A stretch of DNA of 64,000 bases from Octopus sinensis (GCF_006345805.1 NC_043012.1:10292001-10356000); one strand, 5' to 3'; counted from the stretch's first letter, positions 50,574 to 64,000 are shown. A program made the numbers and translations. Notes: generated by a model not told the origin, from the letters alone.

Positions 50574-53199
50574 TCCTATAACCACTTATATCTAACATTT
50601 TCTTTTACATTTCTCTACTTCTGAATAGATCATCTTACTTTATCTTCTCACTTTAGTCTTTCATTCTTTGGTTTATACTTAAAGTCACTCCAGTGCTTCA
50701 GCAACATTCAAATTTACCTTGCAAGTTGTATTTTACTCCTCACGATTTTCTTTTTATATCATCACTTTGATCTCATTCCCTGCATTTCTCGACCTCAATT
50801 CCCGCCCAACCTCCTCTTTCACCCAGTTCTCTCAAATAAGTATAGTCATATTTACACGTATTTTTCGTTTCTTCATTCTATTATTGTCGGTCCGTCTTTT
50901 TCACTGTCTTTTTTCTTCGTAATTTTCTTCCACAGTATCACTTTAATTGTCGATTACTCCAAATTCTTTCTAGATTTTAAAATGTTTTGCTATTTCAATC
51001 TATTTCTCTCGTTTCTTTAACAGTCGTTGTTTGTTTATTTATTTCTAATGGCCAAGCTGGCTCCTTCACATGTTTTACCCCCTTGTGTCTAAAGTCCCAA
51101 CAAAGCTAAATAATTACAGCGGGAACCAGAAATAAAAATGTATGACATACTATTTGCTGTCTTACATTAAAAAGAAATTTGAATAGGACATATTAATTCG
51201 TTGCTTTTTTATGTAATTCTTTTTCCCCGGTGACATACGATATTTTCTACTTTAATGGAATTCCAGATTTAAACTTCATGATTGATGTTACAATCAAAAG
51301 TAGCTTCATTGATAAAAAGTAACTTGTGAATATTACTATAAGTTGTAACGTCATAGTTGCTGCTGCTGTTGTTTTTATTTTTGTTTTGTCAGTGATTTGG
51401 TTTCGAACTATTTGTATTAGTGATGTTCATATTAATATTGCTGATATTGGTTCTTGATAGTTTTTTTTTTGTCTTGTGGGAGGTGGGGGATATCATTGAC
51501 TCCATTTACCACTCTGTGAAAACAGAAATTATAAAAGGAAAAATATTAATAGGTAATATTACAAGGGCCGGATGGCTGAGGAGAGAATATACATCTCGGA
51601 AAGTTTCTTGATATGATGATGTAATTATTGGTAAAAGTATCATTGACAAAAATGCAATTGGAAACTCCAAAGAAAAGATAACATCCTAATGTTCTTCTAG
51701 ATATACTTAACAAACATATTTAATAATATATTAACATAAATGAAGATAACACTTGCTGAATTCATTACTGGTCCCTTTGATCTAAAAAACGAAAACTCCA
51801 AAATGTACGAGCAAATAATGTATTTCCTCGCAGTTTAGTGCTATAATAATACATGGGGAGAGATGAAAATTCTTACATATTTGCGTAATAATATCTACTA
51901 ATCAAAGTCGCCATTACTGAAAGGGAATGAGACAAAATGAGGTGTGTATGACCTAGTTTGGTAAGTAGAAGTCTTTTGACAATATTCCTCAAACGTGAAT
52001 CCTAGTAACACACCATAAACAAGATGGTACCTATATCAAGCAGATACATTTACGTACATCGCGAGTGCATTGTAAACATTTTTGAAAATAAAAAATGACT
52101 GAAAATTAGGAAAACTAACCACATTCCAACAATAAGAAACATATTCCAAAGTTACCTATAAACGTCTTTCCTTCCTGTCGCTAAAATTTATTTAAACATA
52201 TTAGAGCTGCTATAAACGCTGATGTGTGATGGGAACTGCCACATTATAACTAAAAAAATTTATATGTAACGTACATTAGAAATTGTGCCAAAATGGCCTT
52301 AAAGAAAGAAAATGTATTTACGAATATAGATTTTATTTTGACGTAAACAGACAGTGATTTAGATAAAACATAGTTTTACAAAAACGGTATGAGTGGTGTT
52401 GATATAGTAACACACACAGCAATTGCTGGAAATTTTAGAATAGGAAATTGTAGAAATATTACATTAATACTGAAAACAGATTTAAATGAAGAAATTAGAT
52501 TAGATGCATCAATATTCTAGATTTTTAAGAGAATATATATTTATGATTAATTAGCAATACGAGATTGATAAATAAGAAAAATGATTACAGCAATAATTCA
52601 TTGACCAAAATCTAACGTTGAAACAACATAATTACCATGATTAAAGTGAGTTAGGGACATTATGCAACTTCATGCAGATTATAATACACTTCAAATTTCA
52701 GGACTACAATAATTTGTTATAAAGAACAGCATATAAGTAAAATGTATTACTAGAAAATATAAATTGTTTCCTATTTTGAACTGTTTCTTATTTTGGTCGA
52801 CAATAAGCATAAAGTGTCTAGGAACTGAAACTGAAATACAGAAACTGTAAAATAGTGAACTGTATAAATGTAAGGTAACTTTAGGTTACAGAATCTCTTA
52901 CATAAGTGATAACAAGAAAAGCCCATACATGGGGTATACTTGAAAACTTCAACTGTGTCGAAATGAGCAATGAGAAACGCAGCAGTGTCTGAGAACCACG
53001 TGATTCAAATCTGAGCCTGAAAGGTTTCTTGACTGAGGCGCAGGATTAAAATGTTTGCGTCGTAAATCATTAAAATACAATCATGTAAGGCAGATGGGTA
53101 TGTTAAGTACGACAAAAGATGAAGATGATATGACTCGTACAGCCCAGTTTTACTCATTCGAGTGGACACGAGTAGGTATGAACATCCTGGCAATACAGG

Positions 53200-53625
53200 A
53201 AACGATTCTATAATGAAACATCATAAACGAAATGATGATAAAATCATACATGAAAAAATGGATCTTAGGGAATAAAATATAGATTATACTCGGGAATACG
53301 TGTAAGGGCAGATGCATCGAGATAATTCTGTGAGATATTGATGTCCGAAGCCAACAAGAAAGGAAATACTTCCTAATGGAATAATCCATTAGCAGTAATG
53401 TATCGCTAAAAGAAATGGAGACGTTATCCTAATATAAGGATCTGAAAATAAAGATAAAGAGAAAAATGTGTACTGAAAATAGAAACAACCTCCATAAAAA
53501 CAAACGTCTTGGGAATTATAAAAATACATGCACTCAAATACGTAACCCAAACCTCGGGAATTACACATATACATAATATAGAGAAAATAGTTTTATTATA
53601 AAATATACACTGTTCATACAAAACA
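53200..53625 (+). pseudogene. Decayed R4/Dong-like endonuclease/C-terminal fragment
   Basis: NVSLKEMETLS*YKDLKIKI and downstream sequence parallel to 48060-48260. Confidence 0.6.
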
Positions 53626-53989
53626 TAATGTGTTTCTTAATACAATGCGATGTGTAACTCAAAACCAGCAGATAACACTCGACAGTGAAATGAAATCATG
53701 GTATAAATATAAATTCATTGAAAAATAAAATTTATTTGAATAAAATATCGCAAGAGAATAGGGGAAATAAAATAAGAATTGACGATTCTAAACTTGGAAA
53801 TTCTGAGTATAAATCTAAAGATACAATTATCTAAATATTAATATTCTCAGATCTTCTAGGGAACACAAAACACGTACCTCTTAAAGATAAAATTACGCAA
53901 TGATATAGGAAGCAGCAATAAATATTTCATATCTCGTCAACGTTGATTTAATGAAATGAAATGCAAACAGCAGATGACGAAGCTGAGCA

Positions 53990-54650
53990 AAATACTATGA
54001 GCAGAAAGCACATTAGTTACAAAGGAATGTGGATACCGCCTACAATCTACTCTTATAAAACTACTAAAACATTAAAAAATAAAGCAAGTGGGTAAACAAA
54101 GATAAAAATAAAATACAAAATTGAAGAAAATTTCTTTAATCCTAAACAGGGAAAAAGATCAATATGATGATGAGAGAAAATACAGAAAAGTTGACAACAA
54201 ATAACAAATTATTCAAACTCAGATGAATGCTTTAAAAAAATGAGAAGATCCTAGCTAGATCGCAGAGAACCATTGTTATATAAAGCAACGAAGAATCTTT
54301 AAATAAAACAAAAACGTTCGACTCCAATCTAAGAAGATCTTAACAAAAACTAGAAGAAAATATAAATGAATTCAGTGCCTAAAGCAAATGCTGTGAAACA
54401 CAAGAAAAACAACACCTGCATAACTGTGGGACTCCGTATTAAGTGAACGAATACTCCACATATTACAAATAATAAGTACCTGAAATTATGGGGAGATAAC
54501 TTTGTCCTGCATTTGCTTTGAAGAATTAGCAGGTATATATAAAGAGCCGGCAAAAACATAAAGCATAAAATATCTACTGAGAGGAAAATCATATCAACAG
54601 CCAAAACTAAGGGGAATCATGCTATACCTATCAACAACACGTATTTCAGA
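53990..54650 (+). pseudogene. Very decayed R4/Dong-like pre-RT fragment
   Basis: Patchy motifs KQRRIF..TFDSN, .WDS and LLRGKSY.QPK; by eye only. Confidence 0.4.
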
Positions 54651-54745
54651 GCATGAATCTAGTTGGGGGATCACTGGAAAGAGGAAACTCCGTTTTATCT
54701 TATTACTGTGTTTGTGATATTTGTACCAGTTGTTCATTATTCATC

Positions 54746-54805
<60 letters not shown>

Positions 54806-54939
54806 GTAGTTCTACAGCGCCTATCAGAATATAGTTTTGTAGCTGAACATGGGCAGCAACTCACTGCATTCGCGGTTACTGAATCTTTCTATGTTTGATT
54901 TAGGTATAATATTCTAATTGAAATTATTATCATTTATCT

Positions 54940-55358
54940 TTCGTTTATCGCTTACTTGTTTCATTCATTAAACTGGTACCTTGCTGCAGCACCGCCTTTG
55001 AGAGCCTGGGCTGTACATAATTGAAAGTCTCAAAGAATCGTTGTTTCAGTCGAATGATTCGACCCCAGTACTTAGTTTTTTGTTAAGGCTGGTACTTATA
55101 CTATCGGTAACTTTTGCCGAACCCCTAGGTTACGCGGACGTAAATACACCAACACCAGTTGCCAAGCGGTGATGGGGTACAAACACAGACACAACAGATA
55201 CACACCAACACACTCACATACATAAAAGCCATGGGCTTCTTTCAGTTTCTGTCTACCAAATCGACTCATAAGGCTTTGGTCGGCCGAAAGCTATAAGTAG
55301 AAGACACTTGTCCAAGGTGCTACGCAATGAAGATGAACTTAGAACCAAGTGTTTGGGA
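54940..55358 (-). mobile_element. Older copy of the long SINE family
   Basis: Co-linear with 48600-49043 but with more substitutions. Confidence 0.85.
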
Positions 55359-56146
55359 CCTATAAATTATTGCTGGAACAGCAAGAAAATGGAATGAGAA
55401 AATTTATTTTTGTACATTCATAATTCCCTAATTTTCAACGTGCTTTGTTTGTAACGCATTCTACTTCTGAAGTCTTATTAGAAAACATTCTTTAAATGTA
55501 ATATAAAAAAATTATGAAAGTGTCTACAACCTTTCCGTGAGGATCTCTGTGTTACTGTATTGTATATCGACTGATTTGTATGAAATGTAGAAGCGCCGTT
55601 ATATGCTACGAGCTTGTGTTTTACTCTGATGTAAGGATTCGTTTGTTGTTTGTATCACGTTGAGTATTTATTATGTTGAATATCTGTTATTTGAATCATG
55701 TTAAATTCTTGTGTTTATCATATGTACGTAAGAAACGTCATATGATAGGGAACGTTGATTTGTGACTGCCTGAGATGCTTTAGGTGATGGAGTGTTCTGT
55801 TTTGATAATACTCCGTATAAATTGAGTTGTTTTCTAGTATCGATAATTGTTAGCGTGGGATACACTCTGACGGGACTAATTCAAAAACATAACAGAATTA
55901 TAAGATTGATTATTTGAACAAGAATTCCTAAAGTTTTGAAAATTAATAATTCTTCGAACTCAATGGTAAAATGGAGGTATTATCAGTGCGCCGCCAGACG
56001 GCGTAGGAGAAGACGAAATAGGTGGAGAACTAATGCTATAGGAAAAGACAACCATAGAGAGAATGGGAGACGAAAATCAATGTGAGAGGTACGGTTAGAG
56101 TTAGGTGATGTGAATAGTGTGAGAATCAGACGGTATGAGAGGAGAT

Positions 56147-56382
56147 AAGGCGGCGAGCTGGCAGAAACGTTTGGACGTCGGGCGAAATGCTTAGCAGTAT
56201 TTCGTCTGCCACTACGTTCTGAGTTAAAATTCTGCCGAGGTCGACTTTGCCTTTCATCCTTTCGGGGTCGATTAAATAAGTACCAGTTACGCCCTGGGGT
56301 CGATGTAATCGACTTAATACTTATGTCTGTCCTTGTTTGTCCCCTTTATGTTTAGCCCCTTGTGGGTAATAAAGAAATGGGT
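56147..56382 (+). mobile_element. tRNA-headed SINE monomer (gcctttcatcctttcggggtcga family)
   Basis: ggcgagctggcagaaacg head, gagttaaaattc B-box-like, CORE-like gactttgcctttcatcctttcggggtcgattaaataagtacc. Confidence 0.88.
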
Positions 56383-57919
56383 ATGAGAAGAGATGTCAGT
56401 TCCTAGTAGAAATAAACTCTTTTGGGAATTGAACATAAATCTGAGTGAGAATTTGATGAAAGATTACAAGAAAAATTTGAATAAAAAATATAACATTTGG
56501 GCCGAATATTTTTTCTCGAATTAATTTATTTTGTTGTAAAATTCTCCAAGAGTTAGTTGCAACTCTACTGTAAATCTGTTTGCATAACATTGTATAAGGA
56601 TAAGTAAAATATTGCAAAATCTTAATATCACACTTGATGACAACTGTCTGTTTCTCATTGGTAAATTGTTTTAGAATTTTACCGGCAGAAGAGGTATTGA
56701 AACTTTTCCGCCGCTGCTATTTGTGCTGACCAAATATAAGCGGCCTAATGTGATCTGTAGTTAAAATAATAACAAATTCATCCCGTAAGTTCTTTGTTAA
56801 ATCTCTGATTGGCGAGAATAACTGAGCATCCTAAAAAAACTAAGATTCAACCAAATCAAAAAATGAACCCAAATACTAAGCGAACAAAGATAAACCATCC
56901 CACCTCCATTGCACGCGCACACGCACATATACATTTACATATACACACATATTCACACAGAGTTGAAACGCTGTTTGATTAATTTTTCAGCGTAAATTTT
57001 CATCATCCCACTACCAAATATGACATCACTCCTCCCTTCCTTATTTATCTATCATCCCTTCCTTTCTTATTCCTAAATACAACAGTATTATTATTGCAGA
57101 TTATGTCGGTAACCATGGGAGCTATGAAAAAAATACAAAGACCAGTATCACCACCGGATCATTCTACACGTGTGTAATTTTTCGCGCAGTTCCACCCATC
57201 CGTTTGACTGTGAATCCCAAGACAAGAAAGAATCGCCCATGTCAAATTTATATATGTATATGAATTTAGATACTAGCTGTCTGTTAAAATAGGATATTTC
57301 CCTTGTCTAAGAGAAGAGAGTTTTGTAACAAATGTTTTACTGTATTCGGTGATAAATCTTTTGTGTATATTCTGCGCTTTGTACTGAAATTTAGTGAGTG
57401 ATATTTGCTATTCAATTGACACTACCGTTATGGTTTTTGTCTGTTTTGAATTGCAAGTCCTGGCATTGTAAGTCTTTGTATTGTTTCATGAATTCGTTCA
57501 GTCTCTTGATTATTATACACAGTCGTCCAACTTTTATTGATATTACTTTTGCTGTCCACTCCTTTTCGATCGATGTTTTGTAGTAGGAGAGATCAAGATA
57601 TCTCTCTAAGTGCATATATACGTGCATATATTCTCAAACATGTTTGTTTTGGCTCGATCTAATCATCACTTTGAACAGGTATGTCTAAAAATTACCGTAA
57701 TAAGATAGCTGTCATATGCTCAAAATACACAGAAACATTTATTATTTTATCACTTCTTGCTACTTCCAACCATCGGCATATTGCCCAGTGGACGTTGCTG
57801 CAAACGTAATCAATTCTTTGGATATATTCTGAATTTAGAAATACAGTGCTACCAGAAATAATAAAGTTAATCATTCTCGTATAATAATTGCGCAGTTTGT
57901 AGTCGATGATAGGGAGTTG

Positions 57920-58107
57920 TTTATTCTTTTACTTGTTTCAGGCATTTGACTGTGGCCAAGCTGGAGCACCACCTTTAGTCGAACAAATCGACTCCAGGAC
58001 TTATTCTTTGAAAGCCTATTACCGTTAACCCACGGGGGCGTTAACACACCACATCAGTTGCCAAGCGATCATGTTGGGGGACAAATACAGATACACACAC
58101 ACACATG

Positions 58108-58151
<44 letters not shown>

Positions 58152-58152
58152 C

Positions 58153-58196
<44 letters not shown>

Positions 58197-58392
58197 TATA
58201 TATATATTATATATATATATATATAGATATATGAAGGGCTCCTTTCAGTTTCTGTCTACTAAATGCATTCACAAGGCTTTGGTCAACCCGAGGTTATAGT
58301 AGAAGACACTTGCACATGGTTCCACACAGTAGGACTGAACCTGGAACCATGTGTTTGGAAAGCAAACGTCTTAGCACACAACCACGCCTGCG
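57920..58392 (-). mobile_element. Long SINE family copy with an expanded internal (TA)n
   Basis: Co-linear with 48600-49043. Confidence 0.88.
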
Positions 58393-59180
58393 CATGCTTC
58401 ATTAGTCTGTTTCTATATATCCTATGTTTGTGTATGGCATTGATCTGATGTTTCCAAAATAAGACCTATTTTTCCTATATTCTAGAACCTTTGGCACATA
58501 TTCGGCTTTTCATGTGCCAGACCTCCACACTGTCTAGACAACTGGTCATTTTTTCTCTCCGTTTCCCCTTTTCGTATATTTGCAAAATCTATTTTGATTT
58601 TTCTTTTGTTCAAATTTTCAGTTTTTTTTCTTTTTTTATTAATGTAGTTTTCTTTGAAGCATTTAGCTTCTAGTTTTTGTTTTATTTTTTCTTTTGTATA
58701 TAAAGAAATATTCATTAAGTTATTTTAGGTGTTACGTCACACGCCTCAGTTACTCATTTATTATTCTAAATATTTCCTTAGCCCTACTGTTGTTCACTCG
58801 TAGTAGTATTCCTCGTGTGTGTGTAATAGTAATAGCCATATCTTCTATATATCATCTTTGGTTTAGCAGGCTTCAAAACGACTTTACAAGTTACCTAGGT
58901 TTTCTTTCAAAGCTCTTCCACTAACGTTTACTGATTACAAGTATTGAATTCTATTTCCGTCCAGGCAATTCAAAACTCTCACAACTAGAACTTTCTATGT
59001 AATTTCTCTCTATTTAGATAGAATCCAATCATTAGTGTATGGTGCTGAGTCGACTCCTACATATAGATCAGCTTTTAAATGATACTTCAAGGATACAGTT
59101 AATAGCTTTTCAATTACACTGAATGAAACGGCTTGATTTACCAGCAGTTCATGACGCATAATTCATTATATAAATAAATC

Positions 59181-59928
59181 AAGGTGGCAGAGAGAAAAGC
59201 TAGGACGCCGGGCGAAATGGTTCGCGGTATTTCGTCTACCGTTATGTTCTGAGTTCAAATTCCGCCGAGGTCGACTTTGCCTTTCATCCTTTCGGGGTCG
59301 ATAAATAAAGTATCAGTTTCGCACTGGGGTCGATGTAATCGACTTTATCCCTTTGTCTGTCCTTGTTTGTCCCCTCTGTGTTCAGCCCCTTGTGGGTAGT
59401 AAAGAAATAGGTATTTCGTCTGTCAATACGTTCTGAGTTCAAATTCCGCCGAGGTCAACTTTGTCTTACACCCTTTCTGAGTCGATTAAATAAGTACCAG
59501 TTACGCACTTGGGTCGATATAATCGACTTAATCCGTTTGTCCCCTCTGTGTTTAGCCCCTTGTGGGTAGTAAAGAAATAGGTATTTAGTCTGCCATTACG
59601 TTCTGAGTTCAAATTCCGCCGAGGTCGATTTTGCCTTTCATCCTTTTGGGTTCGATTAAATAAGTACCAGTTACGCACTGAGGTCGATTTAATCGACTTA
59701 ATCCGTTTGTCTGTCCTTGTTTGTCCCCTCTGTGTTTAGCCTCTTGTGGGTAGTAAAGAAATAGGTATTTCGTCTGTCTTTACGTTCTGAGTTCAAATTC
59801 CGCCCAGGTCGACTTTGCCTTTCATCCTTTCGGTATCTATAAATAACGTACCAGTTGCGTCTTGGAATCGATCTAATTAACTCGCCCCTCCCCCAACATT
59901 TCGGGCCTTGTGTCTAGAGTAGAAAGGT
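59181..59928 (+). repeat. SINE head followed by four tandem body units
   Basis: Units start ggtattt at 59226, 59410, 59580 and 59764 (184, 170, 184 bp, plus a terminal unit with a different tail). Confidence 0.93.
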
Positions 59929-60109
59929 TTATACTGATAAATCATTTACGGTATTACATACACGCAAACACATGCGTGGGTGCACACACACATATATGTA
60001 TGCAAATAATATGCAAGTACGTACGTACATATGTATATATGTGACTGTGTATAGGTGTGTGCGTGTGTGTGTGTGTATGTATGTGTGTGCCTATGTATGT
60101 TTTGCGCAT

Positions 60110-60690
60110 CAAATGAAAGAGGAATTCGTATTACCATTAGCTATGTATGACAGAATACACTTTATGACTATAGAAAATAAAGGTATATTTACAACATCGT
60201 TGGGAGGTTCAAATGGGAAAGTACAGAGAAGAATAATGAATGGAAGACTATAATGGAAACCTGCAACAGAGCTACTTAATCGGGCGAACAAAAAGCATAG
60301 CAGAAAAATATCAATTGACGTTGTTGAAAGATTAACGAGTAAAAACAGAAAGGGAATCATTGATGACGGCTGCCAAAAGTTAAGAAAAAAAATCGTAAAT
60401 CTTTGTCGATGCAGAAATAGACTAAACTAGTAAAATGAGTTAGAGCTGGATTTATGGTAATGTTCACAGAATGATGACGATCATATAAGTTGAAACACTG
60501 TAGTAGTGATATTATTGCGAAAGGGTAAATGATATAGGTTGGTTAGTAGCGAATATGGATTTACAATAATAGGAAACTGCACCAAAAGAATCAGAATGCG
60601 AAACGCAATGATCAAAAGGGATCAAGTCGTGGATTATTTACAACATATATTTGTAAGCATTATATCAAGACCAACATTAACCCAAGTACT
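60110..60690 (+). pseudogene. Very decayed R4/Dong-like post-RT fragment
   Basis: KTERESLMTAA (cf. ETESL..AAQ) and remnants of the CR.C and .WD motifs. Confidence 0.35.
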
Positions 60691-61479
60691 TTGCATTTTC
60701 CAGTATTAGGGTGTAATTTAAAGGGTTTGTAGTTACTCTTTCTACCCTGTATGCCGATTATATAGCTCCTCTTTTCTTTTCAATTTTGTTATGAAAGTGA
60801 TTCTTGTACGATTCTTTGGTATTTATTCTTCTCTTGACCAAACAAGAGTGAATAAAAAAGCAGATGTGATGGTAATAAAGACGATGTTTTGGGATAAAGA
60901 TAGAGATCTTACTCGAAGTTTAAATAACCAAACCGGGTTTAAAAGTATAAAGAGAAAAGTATAAAGCAGTCTTGGAGTGGACTGCCAAAATTGTGAGGGA
61001 AACGCATATAAAATATATGTGCATGTGCGTGTGTGCATTAAAACTAAAATCACAAACGGGAAGGACCTATAGTGTATGTTTCTGATACAGTATAGCCTCG
61101 TAACAAGCTTCTAGGAATAACATTTTTTGCAGGAATTTGCTTTATGTAATCTTAAGAGATGTGTTCAATGTCGAACGTATGTGATGGTCACTATCATCGA
61201 CTCCGACGTATGAGTACGAAGGTGTAGATTTAAATAAAAATTCGCGATAGAAAAGGAAAAAAAAATCTTTAAAAATTAAAGAAGCTGTGTTTATTTGTGA
61301 TGGATGTGTGAGTGCAATTTGAGTCCAAGTATGGATTTTGCTATGAAGTCACATTTGGGACACTGGTTATTCTGATTTGCGTGGGATTAGGGCAAATGTA
61401 CCTGGGTACAATTTCTTTATTCTTCTGCTTCTTCAACTCAAATTGTTTTGATGCATCACAACACATTTTATACCGTGTA

Positions 61480-62015
61480 GAACGAGACAGGCAATGACTT
61501 TCACAAAATGTCAATTCAAACTATAGAGACTTTAGTGATTGCTTCAACTCATCCTTTCACCTTAGGAGGGGTCTTTTACCGTGGTATACCTCTCTATTTG
61601 TTGGCCAGACTAAAGGATTTTCGAAATGAGATCAACATGTTATACCCATCTGCACTAAATTCTCAGCAGCTCGTTTTGGTACTGCAGAACTCTCATTTTA
61701 CTAAAATTTTGACATTTGATATCTTATCTTGTTTTCTGTTGAAGGTATATTTTATGTCTTTCGTAGGGACTCCATCCTTGTGACCCATAAAAAGTGTGCT
61801 CAAAATACAAGGCTTTTATATATTGATTTTAATTTTCAGACTGGCACCGTGTTCTTCCCGCAAACAACGGGATGGTTTCCAAAGCATTTATAGCTTGGAT
61901 ACTCTAACATTGATTTCGTCATCAAGAGTACTCCTAAATTTTAGTGTAATTCCGAGGTATTTAAATAACCTGACCCTTTCGACCGGATTGTTTTCAATAA
62001 TAACATTTGAAATTT
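61480..62015 (-). mobile_element. RTE/BovB-like LINE ORF C-terminal fragment
   Basis: RLFKYLGITL..TLDDEINVRVSK; ILSTLFYGSQGW; GKRPLLR*KDELKQSLKS; frameshifted. Confidence 0.8.
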
Positions 62016-62029
62016 GAGTATGCTCTACC

Positions 62030-62155
62030 TCAGGCAACACCGAAACGATGAAAATCTAAGTAAACTTCTGTGGAATTTGAACATAAGACGTAAAGGCAGA
62101 ATAAATGCGGCTCAGCATTTTACCTGTTGTGTTAGCGATTTTGTCAGCTCATCAC
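62030..62155 (-). mobile_element. Eroded 5' part of a 56147-family SINE
   Basis: Minus strand ggtaaaatgctgagccgcattt..tgttcaaattcc..tttcatcgtttcgg. Confidence 0.55.
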
Positions 62156-62756
62156 TCTAATTTTAATAATAATAATAATAATAATAATAATATAATAATA
62201 ATAATAATATAATAATAATAATAACAACAACAATAATGTCCAAATCCGTTTCATAGATTGAGGTATAAAAGCTAGAGAGTGAGATAGAAAGAGAGGGAGA
62301 GAGAGAAAGAAAGACAGAGAAAGAATAAAAAAAAAGAAAAATCTATTAGGATTCGAAATTTATAGATAGAAGAGGGAACTACCAATGGGGCTTTTTGTGT
62401 GTTGCCCTTACCATTTTGTAAATCATCTTGTCGCTGAGAACTCTAATAATAAATGTAATTATAGAATGAAAAGAGACGGGAAAAGAGGAAATGTATTATA
62501 TGCTTTCTTCCTGATATACGAAAATCGAAAAACAATGTGAAAGGAAGAAAATTAACACATAAGAGGCTAGAACAGAAAGCGAAAAACAAAAAAACAGCTA
62601 AAAACATCAATATTATGTAATAAAGAAAATAAATAAGAGATAACAAAGAGATAAAAGTAGCCAATAGAATATCATCATTACCAATATTTAATAAAATCAT
62701 CGGTCCAGAAGTATAAATGATACAAGATAATCTGAAATGCTTTTACTTTGAATCAG

Positions 62757-62911
62757 ACGCTCAAATTACATTTATTGGAAACGGTGGACATAATTTCCAT
62801 CAGTCGAAATGTATTTCTGCATCTGTTCTTCCATTGGAAGGTGTTAATACAATCACAGTAGGTTTAGATTACATTATCCGAGTTTTCAGAGACTTATTAC
62901 CACAAGATATC
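62757..62911 (+). CDS. Candidate internal coding exon, weakly vWA-domain-like
   Basis: Acceptor cttttactttgaatcag, donor ATC|gtaagt, 155 nt open (phase 1 to phase 0): xAQITFIGNGGHNFHQSKCISASVLPLEGVNTITVGLDYIIRVFRDLLPQDI. Confidence 0.55.
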
Positions 62912-63016
62912 GTAAGTTCTTTTTTGTTTTTGTTTGTTATATTTCGGGCAATTCCAGAGAATGTGAGACCAAACTAATTTATTGTTTCGCTATTCCCAAG
63001 AGGACATCTCTCTGTC

Positions 63017-63058
<42 letters not shown>

Positions 63059-63568
63059 AGTAGGTGAATGAATTATCCAAGCATGGAAAATTCGTTTAAC
63101 TGATACCTGGGTAGCAAATTCACGTCAGAAAACATGTGTCGAGAGTAAAGGAATTTTGTTAAAATCTTCGTTCGACTCCATTCTTTCATTTATTCATATA
63201 TATATGATGTCATATTTATTTCATATATAGCCATTTATAAGCATGATATAGCTATATATAAGCGTTTGTGTATCTATATAGTTAAAGATACACACGCACG
63301 AACATAGACACACATAATATGAACAATTCATAGGGTAGACTGTAAGCGCATAGATCCTGCGACAAAAGTGCAACAACGCAGTTAAATCCTAATACTCGTT
63401 AAGTGGTGAACGTGCCCTGAAAGCGATCTACTACGGACACACCGAAGACAAGTTTTGGATGCTACATTTGAAAGTCTCCTATGTGAACTTTAATTTTAAG
63501 CATAACCTATATTTATATTTCGTTTTTGGATAAGGCACAAAAAGAAAATGACTCTCCTCAAACGCAAC

Positions 63569-63623
<55 letters not shown>

Positions 63624-63654
63624 GTGTGTTGTGTGTGTTTGTGTACGTATATTC

Positions 63655-64000
63655 TCTTTTACTCTTTTACTTGTTTCAGTCATTTGACTGCGACCATGCT
63701 GGAGCACCGCCTTTAATCGAGCAAATCGACCCCGGGACTTATTCTTTGTAAGCCCAGTACTTATTCTATCGGTCTCTTTTTGCCGAACCGCTAAGTGACG
63801 GGGACATAAACACACCAGCATCGGTTGTCAAGCAATGCTAGGGGGACAAACACAAACATACACGCAAACACATATATACATATATATACATATATACGAC
63901 GGGCTTCTTTCAGTTTCCGTCTACCAAATCCATTCACAAGGCTTTGGTCGGCGCGAGGCTATAGTAGAAGACACTTGCCCAAGGTGCCATGCAGTGGGAC
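63655..64000 (-). mobile_element. Young copy of the long SINE family, running off the window end
   Basis: Nearly identical by eye to 48600-48950. Confidence 0.93.

Noticed and set aside
59226-59928. Regular array that might suggest a CRISPR-like locus
   Set aside because: Units are whole ~184-bp SINE bodies with no unique spacers, no cas genes are present, and the context is eukaryotic.
62030-62060. caggcaacaccgaaacg as another hammerhead half
   Set aside because: There is no CUGANGA upstream, and the segment is the reverse complement of an eroded SINE body.

Overview
This is AT-rich, microsatellite-dense animal genomic DNA. From the repeat families I recognise it is most likely octopus (inference, no database search run). 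It contains no complete protein-coding gene, rRNA, intact tRNA gene or CRISPR array, and nearly all ORF-track entries are microsatellite read-throughs or transposon debris. The window is dominated by decayed mobile elements: two mariner derivatives, a 427-bp MITE with 28-bp TIRs, a perfect 8-bp TSD and internal TTAGGG repeats, a truncated Ty3/Gypsy element, a Penelope GIY-YIG remnant between ~350-bp direct repeats, Tx1/L1, RTE and several R4/Dong-like (RLE) non-LTR fragments, and many tRNA-headed SINEs, one expanded into a ~184-bp tandem array. A few plus-strand candidate exons (best 62757-62911, weakly vWA-like) suggest most of the window may be intronic. The most notable signals are: (1) a tRNA/Pol III-headed short element whose body is a minimal type I hammerhead ribozyme fold (11060-11321); (2) hammerhead-like cores in at least three other unrelated repeats, with the small ones all on the minus strand; (3) different non-LTR clades each embedded in their own microsatellite class (GATA, TAA, CATA). 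All family and protein assignments were made by eye and boundaries are approximate unless stated.
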